From contig CAJFCJ010000007.1 in NCBI GenBank assembly GCA_904063045.1, forward strand, positions 4,567,867-4,620,838: a stretch of 52,972 nt of DNA, given 5' to 3'. Of this stretch, positions 20,977-33,745 are shown in pieces. Both the position numbers and the translations under genes were made by a program. The notes beneath the pieces are model-generated. The model saw only the letters and a program-made list of their open reading frames with translations. It did no database searches and was not told the DNA's origin. Source of the stretch: Dimorphilus gyrociliatus (Eukaryota; Animalia; Annelida). How positions within the stretch are numbered: the stretch's first letter is position 1; every line of letters starts with the position of its first letter.

Positions 20977-21705
20977 AAATGATTCCAAGCATGAAAAATC
21001 ATAGGCAAAACTAGCAAATGTTATTTATATAGATAATCAAATTGACTATGTACAAAAAACCACAATAGACAATTGAACAGGCTGATTTGCCTTTTCATTA
21101 AAGACAAAAAATGGGCAAAAATTTCTCAAAGAACACTTTTTCATTGTGTTTTTCTTTCTTTTCAAATAGAATACATTACAATAGAAGTTAATTAAACAAT
21201 TTTTTAAACATCATTTTTTAATAATTGAATGGTATTAAAAACTTTTTACGGATATGCAACATTAATTATCTATACATGAATTAATAATGATTACATGATT
21301 ATCTTTGTTCAAATCTGTCTAACTATCTATCTATTTATCTAGGGATGGAAAAAGGAAAAAACAACTCAATCTTTTCATTCTAATGGAAGATTTTGCATGA
21401 AATTGAACAAAAAGGTTCCATACTGATTATAGGTACAAATAAATTGTTTAATTAAAACTCTCTCTCTCCCTCTCTCTCTCTCTGCGCCCCCTTTTGCCAA
21501 AATTAAGATTGAAAAGTGTGAAAAATAATCTTTTGCCAACCTGTCAATACTTTTAAATCTGTTGGTGTTTTTTTGCTGTTCAATACAGATTTATTAGTTT
21601 ATCTTATCGTTTGTTCAATATGTATTGAAGACTGTTAATTGACTGTTATTCTTTTATACGCTTTGCTTAAATTCTTTCTTGTGAACAATTGAATAACAAC
21701 ATCGC

Positions 21706-24261
21706 ATGGCGGCGACCAATAGCTATATAATTGATGAAGAAAATCTGATATGCGCCATTTGTTTGGATATATGGCTGGAAAAGGATCCGAGAATTTTACC
21801 CTGTCAGCATACATTCTGCAGAGAATGCCTGGAAAAGTTAGCCATTCACAATACGCAAATTACGTGCTGTTTGTGTAAAGTAAAGCATAAAATTCCTAAA
21901 GGCAAAATAGTAAAGATTAAAAAGAATAGTTTAAAGAGTTCTCTTCAAAATGTATCAACTGTTGAAAAGCTATGTATAAAACACAAAAAAGAGGCGTCGC
22001 TCTATTGTAAAACTCATAAAATTGTCGATTTATGCTCTAAATGTTGTGAAATCAACCATTTCGAATGTGATATTAATACAATGAAAAATCAAGAAAAACG
22101 TCTAAAACTAATGAATTCCTACGAAGAAAGTGAAAAGGAAATGATTAAAAATCAACTCAAAGAAATTGACGATATTGAAATTATTTGGATAAATAAGATT
22201 AAAGAACAATTTCAACTGATTAAAAAGCAATTAGATACCATTGGTAAGAAGAAGATTACAGAATTTAAGAATGTACTGCAAAATCTACACTGCAATGAAA
22301 ATTTAAAAGAATTAATAGACATATTTTTAAAAGGCAAAACAAATGTAAAATTATTAAACGAACCGGAAGTTTGTTATAAAATTGAGCAATTCAATAGGAA
22401 AACACTATATTCGTTTCGAGCGGAAAAAGATTCATCAAACTCTTTCATAGATTTTTCGCAAAACTGTAAAAATACTGACGATGTACAAAGATTAATGAAA
22501 CTTTTAGAGGGAAACACTAAAATAGAAACAATAGATATATCTAATAATATTAAAGTGGGCGATAATCTAAGAGAAATTTGTGAACAACTGCAAAATTCAT
22601 CGAATTCATTAAGGGAGATTATCTTTGAAAAATGTAATTTAAACGAACAACAATGTTTTTATATCGGAAAAATGCTTTTAAAATGCTCTAGAATTGAAAG
22701 TATAAGGCTTGGTGGTAATTCCAATATGGGAAATGGATTATTATATATTTGCGAAGGTGTTGAATCATTTGTAAACAGTTTGAAAAGAATTAATTTCAAC
22801 TATTGTCAATTCAATAATCATCAATGCTATTTTATTAAAAATCTCTTGTTAACTTGCTCAAACCTCGAAGTAATTGATCTGGGACAGAATAGAAATATGG
22901 GAGATGATGGCCTACAGGAAATTTGCCAGTCGTTAGAGAAATCTTCCAACTGTTTAAAGGAAATTAACTTTTATTGTTGTAATTTAAATGAGAAACAATG
23001 CAATTCTATTGGAAAATTGTTAATGAATTGCTCCAAAATTGAATTGATAAATTTAGCTTGGAATTTCAATATGGAAAATGGATTGAATAACATTTGTAAT
23101 GGACTTTCTCATTCTGTCAACAGTTTGACAGTTTTAAATTTTGCTTTGTGCAATTTGAAAGAAAAGTCTTGTAGCCTTATTGAAAATCTATTAAAGTCTT
23201 GTTGTAATATTGAAAAAATTAACTTATCAGAGAATAAAGAAATGGGAAAAGGACTAATCTTAATTTGCCAATCACTAGAAAAGTCGGCCAACAGCCTTAA
23301 GGATATTGATTTATCTTTGTGTGATTTATCTCAGGATCAGTGTATCTCTATTGGTTGTCTATTGAAGAATTGTAGACGAATTGAGACCATTAATTTAGAA
23401 TTTAATGAAAATATGGGATTTGGCTTACTGTTTATTTGCTTTGGTCTTCAAATCTCGTTAAATAGTTTGAAAGAAATCAATTTCGCTTCGTGTAATATTA
23501 ATGAGAGTTTGTGCTCAATTCTTGAGACTCTTTTCTCTTCTTGCTCCAAAATTGAGATTATCAATCTATCTAATAATAGAAATATTGTTAATGGATTGTA
23601 CATTTGGGAAGGGATTAGAAAATCATTTAGCACTTTAAAGAAAATGAATTTTGACGCATTTCATCTGCAATTACGCAATTTACTCCAGAATGTACTCAAC
23701 ACTAATGGACGTTACTTATTAATGAACAACAGCAATTGGTCATCTTTTGACGAAATATGGAATGAAAATATGACTGACGGAATAATAAATGTTTGCAAAG
23801 GATTAGAAAACTCGTCAAATAATCTAAGAGAAATCAATATCAGTTCGTCAAATTTGAATAGAAATGTATGCCATCACATTATGAATATGTTGAAAAAGTG
23901 CTCAAGAATTGACACTATAAATATTGGGTTTAATGAAAATATTGGAAAAGATGGACTTTTTGACATTTGCCAAGGTTTGGAAAACTCTGTCAACACTTTA
24001 AAGGAATTGGTTTTCACTTGTTGCAATTTAGATGAGAATAAATGCAAAATTATTGGAAATTTATTAATAAAATGCTATAAAATTCAAATAATAAACTTGG
24101 CATTGAATAGAAATATGGAAACTGGTTTGCTGTGTATTTGCGACAAACTACAAAATTCAGCAAACAATTTAAAAGAAATTAATGTTGAATGTTGTAATTT
24201 ATACGATTCTCTGGCGGAAAATATCAGTTACCAGTTTACAAACTGTACAGTAAGAATATAA
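21706..24261 (+). CDS. Intronless 851-aa RING / B-box / coiled-coil protein with C-terminal ribonuclease-inhibitor-type LRR array (TRIM-like E3 ligase)
   Basis: C3HC4 RING CAICLD...PCQHTFCRECL...CCLC. B-box-like CIKH...CKTH...CSKCCEINH. Helical KE-rich segment. About ten ~57-residue alternating LRR units (NSLKEINF..C.L / C..IE.I.L..N). Open, uninterrupted ORF. Confidence 0.93.
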   Translation: MAATNSYIIDEENLICAICLDIWLEKDPRILPCQHTFCRECLEKLAIHNTQITCCLCKVKHKIPKGKIVKIKKNSLKSSLQNVSTVEKLCIKHKKEASLYCKTHKIVDLCSKCCEINHFECDINTMKNQEKRLKLMNSYEESEKEMIKNQLKEIDDIEIIWINKIKEQFQLIKKQLDTIGKKKITEFKNVLQNLHCNENLKELIDIFLKGKTNVKLLNEPEVCYKIEQFNRKTLYSFRAEKDSSNSFIDFSQNCKNTDDVQRLMKLLEGNTKIETIDISNNIKVGDNLREICEQLQNSSNSLREIIFEKCNLNEQQCFYIGKMLLKCSRIESIRLGGNSNMGNGLLYICEGVESFVNSLKRINFNYCQFNNHQCYFIKNLLLTCSNLEVIDLGQNRNMGDDGLQEICQSLEKSSNCLKEINFYCCNLNEKQCNSIGKLLMNCSKIELINLAWNFNMENGLNNICNGLSHSVNSLTVLNFALCNLKEKSCSLIENLLKSCCNIEKINLSENKEMGKGLILICQSLEKSANSLKDIDLSLCDLSQDQCISIGCLLKNCRRIETINLEFNENMGFGLLFICFGLQISLNSLKEINFASCNINESLCSILETLFSSCSKIEIINLSNNRNIVNGLYIWEGIRKSFSTLKKMNFDAFHLQLRNLLQNVLNTNGRYLLMNNSNWSSFDEIWNENMTDGIINVCKGLENSSNNLREINISSSNLNRNVCHHIMNMLKKCSRIDTINIGFNENIGKDGLFDICQGLENSVNTLKELVFTCCNLDENKCKIIGNLLIKCYKIQIINLALNRNMETGLLCICDKLQNSANNLKEINVECCNLYDSLAENISYQFTNCTVRI

Positions 24262-26734
24262 CTAATATTTATCATTAACACGAAGAAAAAGCAGGATCAA
24301 AACAATTCCTTTTTTTAGAAATGAAGTTTTAGTTTAAAAATGGTTATAGTTAGAAGAAATAATATTCTAGAACTGTTGTTTTGTAATCAGGGTTGAAGGG
24401 TTTGGAACAATGGAAGAGGTTTGGCAATAGACAAAACAAAACCACAAAGACTTCTTTATTAATAAATATACTTTGAAAGAAACAGGCAAGAGATAAATCA
24501 TCTATTGAAACTGACTGATTCCTGGAATCATTAAATTAAATGATTGAATCAGGAACTCTCATTTTTTTCCTACCGATCTTTTTGACATTGTTTGAGAAGG
24601 ATTCAAATAGAGATATGCTGGTCTTGTTCAAGGCTGCCTGAGATCTGGCTATTGCCATTACTATACACAGTCATTACATTCTTGAACACATTCATCGTCT
24701 ATTCCTTGAATTTATTAAATTCCTCTCCCAGAGTGTTTTTGATTAATTTTTGGACATACCATACTCTCTGAGATTGAGAGAGTGTTGAAGGGTTATCCGA
24801 GAAAGAACCTTTAGTGATAGGAATACCCTTCCTCTCTTTTAGTATTCCTCTTTTTCTCTTGTCAAACTTCTCGACAGATATTTTTTGTGATTAATTTGCT
24901 TTAAGACTAGAATACAGAAAATACATTAGAGTGTACAGAATGAATAGTGAAAACATCACTTAATTTAAAGTCAAAGAAAATATTTGCAGCAACAAAATTA
25001 ATAGTTGTAATTAAAACGGCCAAAATGGCTATCAGTTGACACAAACAGGAAGAACCCTCTCTCTTTCTTAGTGAATTTAAATGAGATTTTTCTAATCATT
25101 CTTTATAAAGTTCTGTCTTTTTTAAGTTCCTTTATGTCTAATTTCCAAATATGAATATGTCACTACTTCTAAGTGTATATTCTGCTATATTAATAAAATT
25201 TTCCATATACTATTAACTATAGGTTGGAATATTCTTAAACCAGTTTTTGGGGATATTTTATGATTGTGAATCAATCTAAAATTAGGCTCATTTATTTTTT
25301 TTTACATCAGGCTGCTGTTGACTTAACTATGCCCAAAAATTCAATAACACAGTGAGAAAGCTGCATCAAATGTTTTAAAAACTATTCAACGTGTATTATA
25401 ATTTTTCTTATTTTCCAATTAATTTTGTTCAAAATTTGGCCTATTTTTTCCATTTTATTTAATTGTCGAAAAGGTATCTATAAATGAAAATGTTGAGTAG
25501 ATCTGAAAAAGAGTTTGTAGTTTGTTGCTGTCGTTTTTTTCAAATTGGTTCAGTGAAAACAGGTGATCTTAGATTTCATGATGTCAGTAATGATATTTAT
25601 CTATTTCCTGGGCAAAACATACGTCTAACCTATATTGAAGGTTATTTGTATTAGAATGATGGAACTTTAAAAAGAATCCTATTACATAAGGAATAGATTC
25701 TTTGACCATAATAGATGGAGCCACTGTGGAATTAGGAAAAGAACAAAGTACATTGAAATTATTTTTAGGAAAATTAAAATTTGTAAACTATGAACCCTTA
25801 AAAGATTAAATAAACCCTACAAAATTAACAGTTGATAGTACAGTTCTCTGACCTTCAGGTTGTTTAAACTTGCTTAATTAGAACTAGAAGCTTATTTTCT
25901 TATTACATATTGTTTGAACAAAATACTTGTATTTTGTTGATTGATTTCAACTGAAAATACAATTATTAAGAATATAGAACCAAATTTAAAGATAAAATTC
26001 ATTACAAAATTTTTTTTTCTTTCCACTTTTTTCAGTTAAAGGACAATCCTGCCCAAAATTTTTTATTGAAACTGTATAAGACAATTTTGTATTAAAGGCT
26101 ATGGTGTATCAACAACTTTGTCAGTGTTTTGTTTTCCTGTGATTCTTCCAATTTCAAAAAAATGTATAGAAAAAGTATCACTTTGCATTTGATATATTTC
26201 ACATATATTTTGTATGTTAAGGTCGATGAAAAACGTTCTTACAAGGGCAGCATTTCAAATATTTTTTCTTTCCATCACAATTTTGGCATTTGAAAGCCAT
26301 TTTATGATATCAGATCAAATGCAGATGATTATCAAAAAAAATTCTCAGTCATGAAAATGTTATATTTATTTCTGTTAAATCTTGAAAGAAGGACTTGATC
26401 CAGATTTATTCAAGAAATATATATTGCCTATCCAAGTATACACTGTTCGAAATGAATTTGTGTTTCAACCCTTTCTACTTTTAAAATGGCTGGTTTTTGT
26501 CAACATTTTCTTTTTTGAAATAGTAATTCATAATGAGGAATTTATTATAATATTTACTACCAGGGTTTGTATTCAAAGTCAATAATAAATTGTATATAAA
26601 CTCATTCTCAACTCAATGTCTGTACTCTATCTAGTCAATAATATAAACAAATATATAATGAAAGAAAAGAGGGTGTGAACCACCTGGGGCACGTTCACAC
26701 TCAATTACATTCACACCCAGGTACACTCACACTC

Positions 26735-26970
26735 TGTTGAAGATCGGTTCTTCTACGATTACGAACTATGTATATTTACTGTCGGTAACCGTATCAAACG
26801 GTTGCTGTATTCTAATGACCAAAGCTAATAATTATCACGTGTGGATACATGTGATTATGTAACTACGAGATTACATCTTGTCGTATGACACATGAGACTT
26901 GATACTTATGTATATATATATGTCTGACCACCACAACAACACCTACTGATCGTGATCAGGTTCTCAAACA
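26735..26970 (-). repeat. 3' LTR (236 bp)
   Basis: Aligns with 33746-33995 with 12 substitutions plus a (TA)5 versus (TA)12 length difference. Confidence 0.95.
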
Positions 26971-26984
26971 CTCACCCCCCCCCC
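26971..26984 (-). promoter_or_regulatory. Polypurine tract (GGGGGGGGGGTGAG) priming plus-strand synthesis
   Basis: Purine-rich run on the minus strand immediately upstream of the 3' LTR start TGTTTGAG. Confidence 0.75.
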
Positions 26985-27009
26985 TAAAGAACCTCGTGGT
27001 TTCGGGACC

Positions 27010-29528
27010 GGTTAAAAAAGGCTGCAAGTGAATTTTTATAAAGATTGGAAATGGAAAGTAGTTTAATGAATATTATATGGTTTATTGAAAAGAATAAAAA
27101 CATTTGATTATATATTTAATTCAACTATGAAAATAGACTTTAGAACAATTTTCTATAATTTGTAGTGCAGTAATTTGGCCATTCTTAAATTTATCCCAAG
27201 TCTCAAATATTTTTCTTTGTAGGTTTACATAAATTTTCTTCTGATATCTTTTTAATTTTCTTTCACACAGCATCTTTTGAAACAGAGGTACCAGATCTGA
27301 TTCCCTTTTTAATTCATTAACTAATTTGTAAAAAGATTTGGCATTTCCAATATTTAGGTTTAATCTATTATGGAATCCTTCTACATCATTATTAGTTCTG
27401 ATAGCTAAGTCAAATACTGACCAAGTAGCTGGTGTCCAAGTAGCATTGATTATTCAAGTGTTTTCCACATAATGTAATAAATCTGATAACTTTTCCAAGG
27501 TATTTAAATGAGCTTTTATTTTGTTAAATTCCTGGGGAATGATATCAGCAGGCAAAAATGGTAAACCCATGAGAAGCTTCATCTCAGTCCACTGTCCAGT
27601 ATGTTTTTTGTAGTCAGATGAATATCCCAATTCCTATAAAGATATATATTAAAATATGGCAAAAGACAATAAAACATTTTAATTATTACCTGAATTTTTC
27701 GAAAAATTGCTTGAGTCCAATGAAATAGACAACCTTTGATTTCAGTTTCTGGAAAATATTTTGCCACACTTTTCCAGATTGCCTTTTCATAATCTAAGCA
27801 TATTTTTTTGGTGAGTAACCACCAATTAAGTCCTTTACTGCCTGAATAAACAAGATGTTATTAATAAGTTTTAAGATGTAAATATATTTATTATTTACTT
27901 TGAATAAAGTTGAGTATGCTTTTCTTTTCTTAGAAGAAAGTAGAGCAAAGAGCAGAGGAACTTGTTTTAGTTCACCATTCTTCTTTAGGAAGCTATGAAT
28001 TGAAAATAATTGCTTAAATGGAGGATTGACAACCTTAAAGGTGCCATCCATATACCATATTTTAGATAATGCTAGTAATTCCATTTGTTTAGTAGTTGCA
28101 AATATTAAAATTCACTCATTGTTTACTGATAGATCATTTTTAAGAAAACCATCTGGTAAGAAAGTGTGATGTAAAGGAAAAAACAATGTTTTTGGTTCCT
28201 CTGGTTGATTTTTTCATCTGTGATAACTCACCACTTGTTTACAGCTACTCATACTGGGAAAATTAGAAATGTTTTGTTTTTGGATAAATTTATCTTCAAC
28301 AATTCTCTTGGCACTTGTTTGAGTGTCCATTTCTGATCTTTGTTTTATGGTAACTTTCATATCAATAATTTCTTTTAAATTTAATTTGGGAGAATGGTTG
28401 TGTGATTTTGAACCCAAAGTAAAATTACCATCATTCTCATTGACACTACCAGGACATTGATCTTGTTTGTTATTATTGCCACTACATCTCCAAATTCTTG
28501 ATTTATTTCTTTGGTTTTTGATAGTATATGAAAATCCATCATGAACAAGTAATGGCTTTCCTTTTTGACTCCCATTTTGGAAAATTTTAAATGATCCATC
28601 ACTCCTTAGAACAACATCATCTACATCTTCAAATGAGCTGTCTTCAGGTTGGTTTGTGTTGTGATCAAAAGGAAAATAATCCTCTTTTGTATTCAAATGC
28701 TCCATTGTAACATCTTCAGCAAAAACTTCTCTTTGTGGTATTTGTGTATTTTTAATGACTACATTATCTATTGGTCCTTCTATTTGCTTAATACTTTCAC
28801 CATCATTGGCAGATTTGTCTTTTTCATTATTTGCAATCAAATGATCATTAATGTCATCAGCAGTGGCTTCCACTTGATTATTTCTAAAAATTTCTTGATG
28901 ATCAATTCTCTTAGGAAGTTTTGCTGTTAAAGTATTTTCATCACATCTTCTTAAAACAATTTGTAATGAATAGTTGTTGATTTTCAGGCAAATTTCACAA
29001 AAGCCATCTATATATTAAGAAAAATGGTGTCAAATTGAAAAATATGAACATTTAACTTACCATTTAAACAAACCCAATGAGTTGTATGCTTACATAGAGA
29101 GCATACACCTCTTTTTTGTTTATTAATTTTCTTCTTACAAGCATAACAGAGAGATGCCATATTGAAATTATCTTCTGAAGAAAATGATTTGCTTCACAGG
29201 TTAGAGAGTATATCTGGCAAAAATGATGTACAATAAATACATTGCATTTATGTTGAAGTCTTTACTCTCTTCATATGATAAATAATATAACATATAATAA
29301 AAATAATTCAAACTTTTTACATATATGTGACCACACTTGTTGTTATAGTACAGTGTAAAACATTCTATTTAAATAGAAAAAACTGGTAGAAACATTATGA
29401 AATCTATTTGAAATTCAGCATATTTGGTAAGCCTGAAGCCTTTTTTAATCAGTTGCAGCCTTTTTTAATCAGCTTGGAGCCTTTTTCAATCAACCTGCAG
29501 CCTTTATCAATTGCAGCCTTTCTTAACC
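27010..29528 (-). mobile_element. Mutator-like (Phantom-type, FLYWCH) DNA transposon, 2519 bp
   Basis: TIRs GGTTAAAAAAGGCTGCAA (27010-27027) and TTGCAGCCTTTCTTAACC (29511-29528), 17/18. Five subterminal copies of an AGCCTTT(TT)..AAT-like motif at about 29437-29528. No clean TSD recognised. Confidence 0.85.
27121..29160 (-). pseudogene. PHD-FLYWCH-MULE transposase pseudogene with three retained introns
   Basis: ATG at 29160. PHD-like CYAC...CSLC...HWVC|..CEIC. FLYWCH KGKPLLVHDGFSY...WRCS...CPG...HNH. MULE WYMDGTF, GCLFHWTQAI, RTNNDVEGFHNRL. Introns 29008-29060, 27842-27898 and 27634-27689. In-frame TGA stops (YHR*KNQP, NNE*ILIFAT, ENT*II) and one frameshift in an A-run near 27805. Confidence 0.88.
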
Positions 29529-29544
29529 TAATCCTCGTGTTTCT

Positions 29545-32500
29545 TTAGAATGGGACTACCCTTCTCATATCTCGCCACACTAAGGACCTTTCTGTTAGAA
29601 TTTGCAAATTCCTGGGTTGCCCATCTGCTGACTTTTTTATCTTCTATATGCGCCCTATTTTCCAATCATGGCGTCTTAAGGAGTCACTGACTAGGACTAC
29701 CAGATTGTTGACCTTTGGGATTTGCCCACTGTGCTTGTGCATTTCGAGGTAGCCTGTAAAGTGGAGGTATATTCCTGGAACCATCTTTTCTCCAGCATAG
29801 ACCTGATAGATTTGATTTGCTCATAGGAGCTTCTTATTTCGTTCCTTTCCTTGGATTGAATCCATAAGAAGGATGCTGGAGTGAGGAGGGTTTCTGTGTG
29901 ATCCTCCAGGATAGTTGTCAATGGTCTTTGATTGACAATGCTTTCGGTCACAGTGATTGCTGTCCTTAGGCTTTCCTCTGTCAGTGTCTCCTTATTTAGC
30001 ACTTGTAATGTGCTCTTAACTGGTTTTACTAAAGATTCCCATAATCCTCCTCTATGAGGAGAATTAGATGGTATTAGTTTCCAGCAGATTCCTGCTCTTC
30101 CATTTCCTCAGACAATCTCCTAAATGCTCCAGCTCCATCTGAGTGTACATTCTCTGGGTGACCTCGTCTTGCCTAAACCTAGTCCATGCCTCCTTTGTGT
30201 GTCCAAAGGATGTTGATGTACAGATCTCCAAGTGTACTGCCCTCGTTTGGTAGCAGGCTATGAGTAGAACAAATCTTTGTTCACCTTCATCAGTGTAATA
30301 TGGTCCTGCGTGATCTACTCCTACATTTCTAAAGGATCGCAGTGGCTTCTCAGTGCGCACATCTGGTAGAGGAGCTTGCCAAATACTGCAAGTCCTGTTT
30401 GTCTTATATCGTATGCAGTAGGGGCATGTTTCGACTATGGTCTTTATCTGGGCTGTGCCTTTGTGAACCAGAATTGCTTTCTGATCCATGCCCTGGTCTT
30501 TTGTACACCCTGATGTGCTGCTTCTTTGTGAGCTGTGAAGACTATGGCTCTAAACAAGCCTGTCGTTCTTGTTATCAGGATGGGGTGTCGTGCATCATAT
30601 GGCATCCTGTGAGCATTTCTCAACCTTCCATTTATTCGGATAACTCTGTAGGAGTCCTTAAATGGTTCCAGCTCCGGGAACTTATTGCCCAAGTTACTTC
30701 TTTGCTCATCCCTCAACAGGTAGGCTATTGCTAGTCTTCTTTGTTGGTATACTGGCATGTCCCAGTGTACCCACTTCACTATAAGTTGTGCTATTCGCAC
30801 CATCTATTCCCAGTCATGGGAAAATGGTCTAAAGATGTTCCCCAGAGATACGCACTGAGTCATACCTGATATAACAGGCGTCAGCCATTGTTCATCTGAA
30901 TGCTTCCTCCTTCTGGTACCGAGATCAGCTGGATTTGACTTGCCTTCAATCCTTTTCCAAGAAGAAGGATTTTAGTTACTGGTAATGTATCTTATTCTGT
31001 TTCTCGTGAATGCATCCAGCTTAGCATCTGCATTTTGTATCTGTCTGAAGACTGCATTATTTTTGGTATGAAAACTAACTTCTACTCCCTTCAAGTTCAA
31101 TTTTTTGTACAGCCTCACTGCCAATACTGCTGCTTGTAGCTCTGCCTTTGGCATAGAATTGACATTCTTTTCATTGATTCTTGCCTTGGCATATACAGAG
31201 TCATCTTTTTACCTTCCCCTAGATAAGCAGTCACACAATGTGCTTTTAAGGAGGTGTCACAAACCATCTTCAGCTTGTTATCGCCAACATATCTACTGGC
31301 TCTTATTGATCCTTGGGTGGACTTCCTGAGTCTTTGTAGTATTGTCTGCTGTTTGCTGGATAGCTCTGTATCCCAATCACCATTGTCCCTTATTATCTCG
31401 GAGAACAGTAACCTGAAGGGTAACAGTCTTGCTACAGCCAGACCTAATGGGTCATAGACTTTGGCTATGACACTAGCAAGTTCTCTTGTAGTAGCTACAG
31501 CCTTTTGTAAGGGTAGCAGGTTTACAAGGACTTCATCAGTCTTTTCATTGTAAGAAATGCCAAGAATTTGTTTTGGAATTTTGAATTCCAGGTCTAGTTC
31601 TTTTAGTCTCTCACTTATCTGACCATTATTCGAATAGCTTTTAGCTAACTGGAATTTACCATTCAAGGTGCTCAGTGTACCTTGGTAAATTTCTAATAAT
31701 TTACACTAGTTATTGTCTGGCAGCAATAGATCATCCACATAGAAGTGGTTAGTAACTCTTTGTTTTGCTTCCTGCAAGAGCAAATCACTCTCCTGGAGCA
31801 ATGTACTTAGAGTCCGACATGCTACAAATGGGCTCGATGTTGCCCCAAACACATGTCTTGTCATGACAAATGTCTTGACATTTCTCATTGTCTTATTGGA
31901 CACTGTCTTATCCCAATATAGAAACTCGAAATAGGGTAGGTCCTTCTCCTTTAATTTGACCTGACAGAACATCTTCTTGATATCTGCCACTATAAAAAAG
32001 AGACCTCTCCTCCAGCTAACTAGAATGTCATACAGACCATTCAAATGATTTGGACATGTCATTATAACATCATTTAGTCCCAACCCTTTATACTGCGCCT
32101 TGCAGTCAAACACCACTCTTATGGTATCCTTTTTAGGGCTGGAGACCGCATGATGAGCTATATACCAGGCCACCTCTATGGAGCCTGCTTAAGTAGCAAA
32201 CCCTTGTTCTATGTATTCATAGACAGACTGGTCATATTCTCTCTCATATACAGGATCTCTCTTAAATCTCACTAAGAGACTCCTCCACCTACACTCTGCT
32301 AGCATACTGTTCAGCCTCAGATCTCTGACATTCCTTTTGAAAGGAATGGCAGCCTTTAGCTCTTGGATGTCAAATTCATTTTTGAATTGCTCCAGTGCTT
32401 TAACATCGTTTATGCTGAGCTTTTCTCCTTCATAGGTATCTCTAGCTTTGACTTCATCATCCTCCACTAGAGATTCCTGTTGCTCAACTGATTGCGTAGT

Positions 32501-33544
32501 GATGCAGACATTGGCTCCCAGCTCCACTTGAGTAAGTAGGCTTAATGGATCCTGCATTTTTCTACCAATACAGACCCAACCTAATGGATACTTTACTATT
32601 CTCCTGCTGGACATATTGCCTTTTCTCTGCAAGGAGTGTTCTTAGTTGCAAGCCTACTTCTCCAACTTTATCCAGCTTAAGTCTTGTGGCACACTCTCTT
32701 GACACCATTGAGATCTGTGAGCCTGCATCCATTAATGCCAATATCCTCTCATTCTTTACTTCAAACACTGTCAGAGGCAATTGTGAAATAGTTGGAGAGT
32801 TTGTAGCAGTTACTCCGCTCACTGTTTTGTATTTGGGCTTAACCCTAGGAGTATTGTGCTGATTGAAAGGACTCATTAACTTCCAAGCTGAACTTTTCAA
32901 GGAACCTGCTGCGTAGCCCTTTAGGCAGCAGAGATAAAATAGCTGAACAAAGGAAGGATACCTCTTCTGAAGTAGCTCTGTTCTCCAATTGTTCTATCAT
33001 TAGATATCTCTGTAAGATGGCCAATGATACCTTCTTCTAAAGTCTGACCAAAGCCTAATTTTATCTTTTCTATGGTGTCATTGATGGTTGGTCCATCCTT
33101 TCCGATTCCACTCTTCCACACCTTCCATATGTCCTGAAAGGGATTTTTTGCATACTCATAGGTCAGGTCAGGACGTACTTTTGCTGTAGTCCCTTTGTAA
33201 CCTTTAGAAGGTAATGGTACTTAACCCTATCAGTTGCATGCGGGTAGGCTTCTAGGACTGCCTGTGTTCTCAACACAAATTGCTGTAGTGGCATATTGTG
33301 TCCATCATAAATATATTCGGACAACTCTCCTGGAGGTGATATATCCACTATGCCCACTGTAGCTGTAGGACTTGCTCTGTCTGACATTTCGTCCATTCTT
33401 AAAGCCATTCTTTCTAGTCACCCTTCCTCTCTCCAAACTATTCCCAATATGTCCTAATGACATTCTAAGAGAATGGAGAAGTTCCTTCTCTGGTATTTCT
33501 CCACTCTTCCTTTTCATAGTTTGCCTTCTTTGAGGTTTCATCAT
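29545..33544 (-). pseudogene. Bel/Pao gag-pol pseudogene
   Basis: Protease LMDAGSQIS; RT FYVDDLL; Pao RNaseH region VYDPLGL, CDTSLKAH, PKAELQAA; integrase HKEAAH..CPYC and VGVDHAGP; C-terminus WKIGRI...DGQPR...RDMRRVVPF* (stop 29545-29547). Multiple stops and frameshifts. Confidence 0.92.
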
Positions 33545-33745
33545 GTTAATTTCTTACGCTCACTTAATATAACTTAGACTTATTCCAGGAGAGGAGGTTG
33601 AATTGTCCAATTGAGAAAAAAAGAATGTTCGATTCTTTTCTTTCGAACGTTCCAAAAAAAAGAAAAGAAAAAAAAGAACTGCAGAACAATTTCTTAATTG
33701 GATTCTCGTATATTCGCTTAGAATATCCTTGCTTACATTTGATAC

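Noticed and set aside
24380-25860. Coding-like but stop-riddled stretches (minus 24.4-24.9 kb; plus 25.5-25.9 kb)
   Set aside because: They look like decayed genes, but I could not match a family.
26660-26734. GTGTGAAC...GTTCACAC hairpin and CACAC repeats left of the 3' LTR
   Set aside because: Too short and low-complexity to call an element or a TSD.
29437-29528. Tandem ~20-bp repeats considered as a CRISPR-like array
   Set aside because: No unique spacers, eukaryotic context, and they are subterminal repeats of the MULE TIR motif.
30342-32862. Plus-strand ORFs within the retroelement (30342-30734, 31105-31329, 31254-31457, 32545-32862)
   Set aside because: Antisense shadows of pol with no independent motifs.
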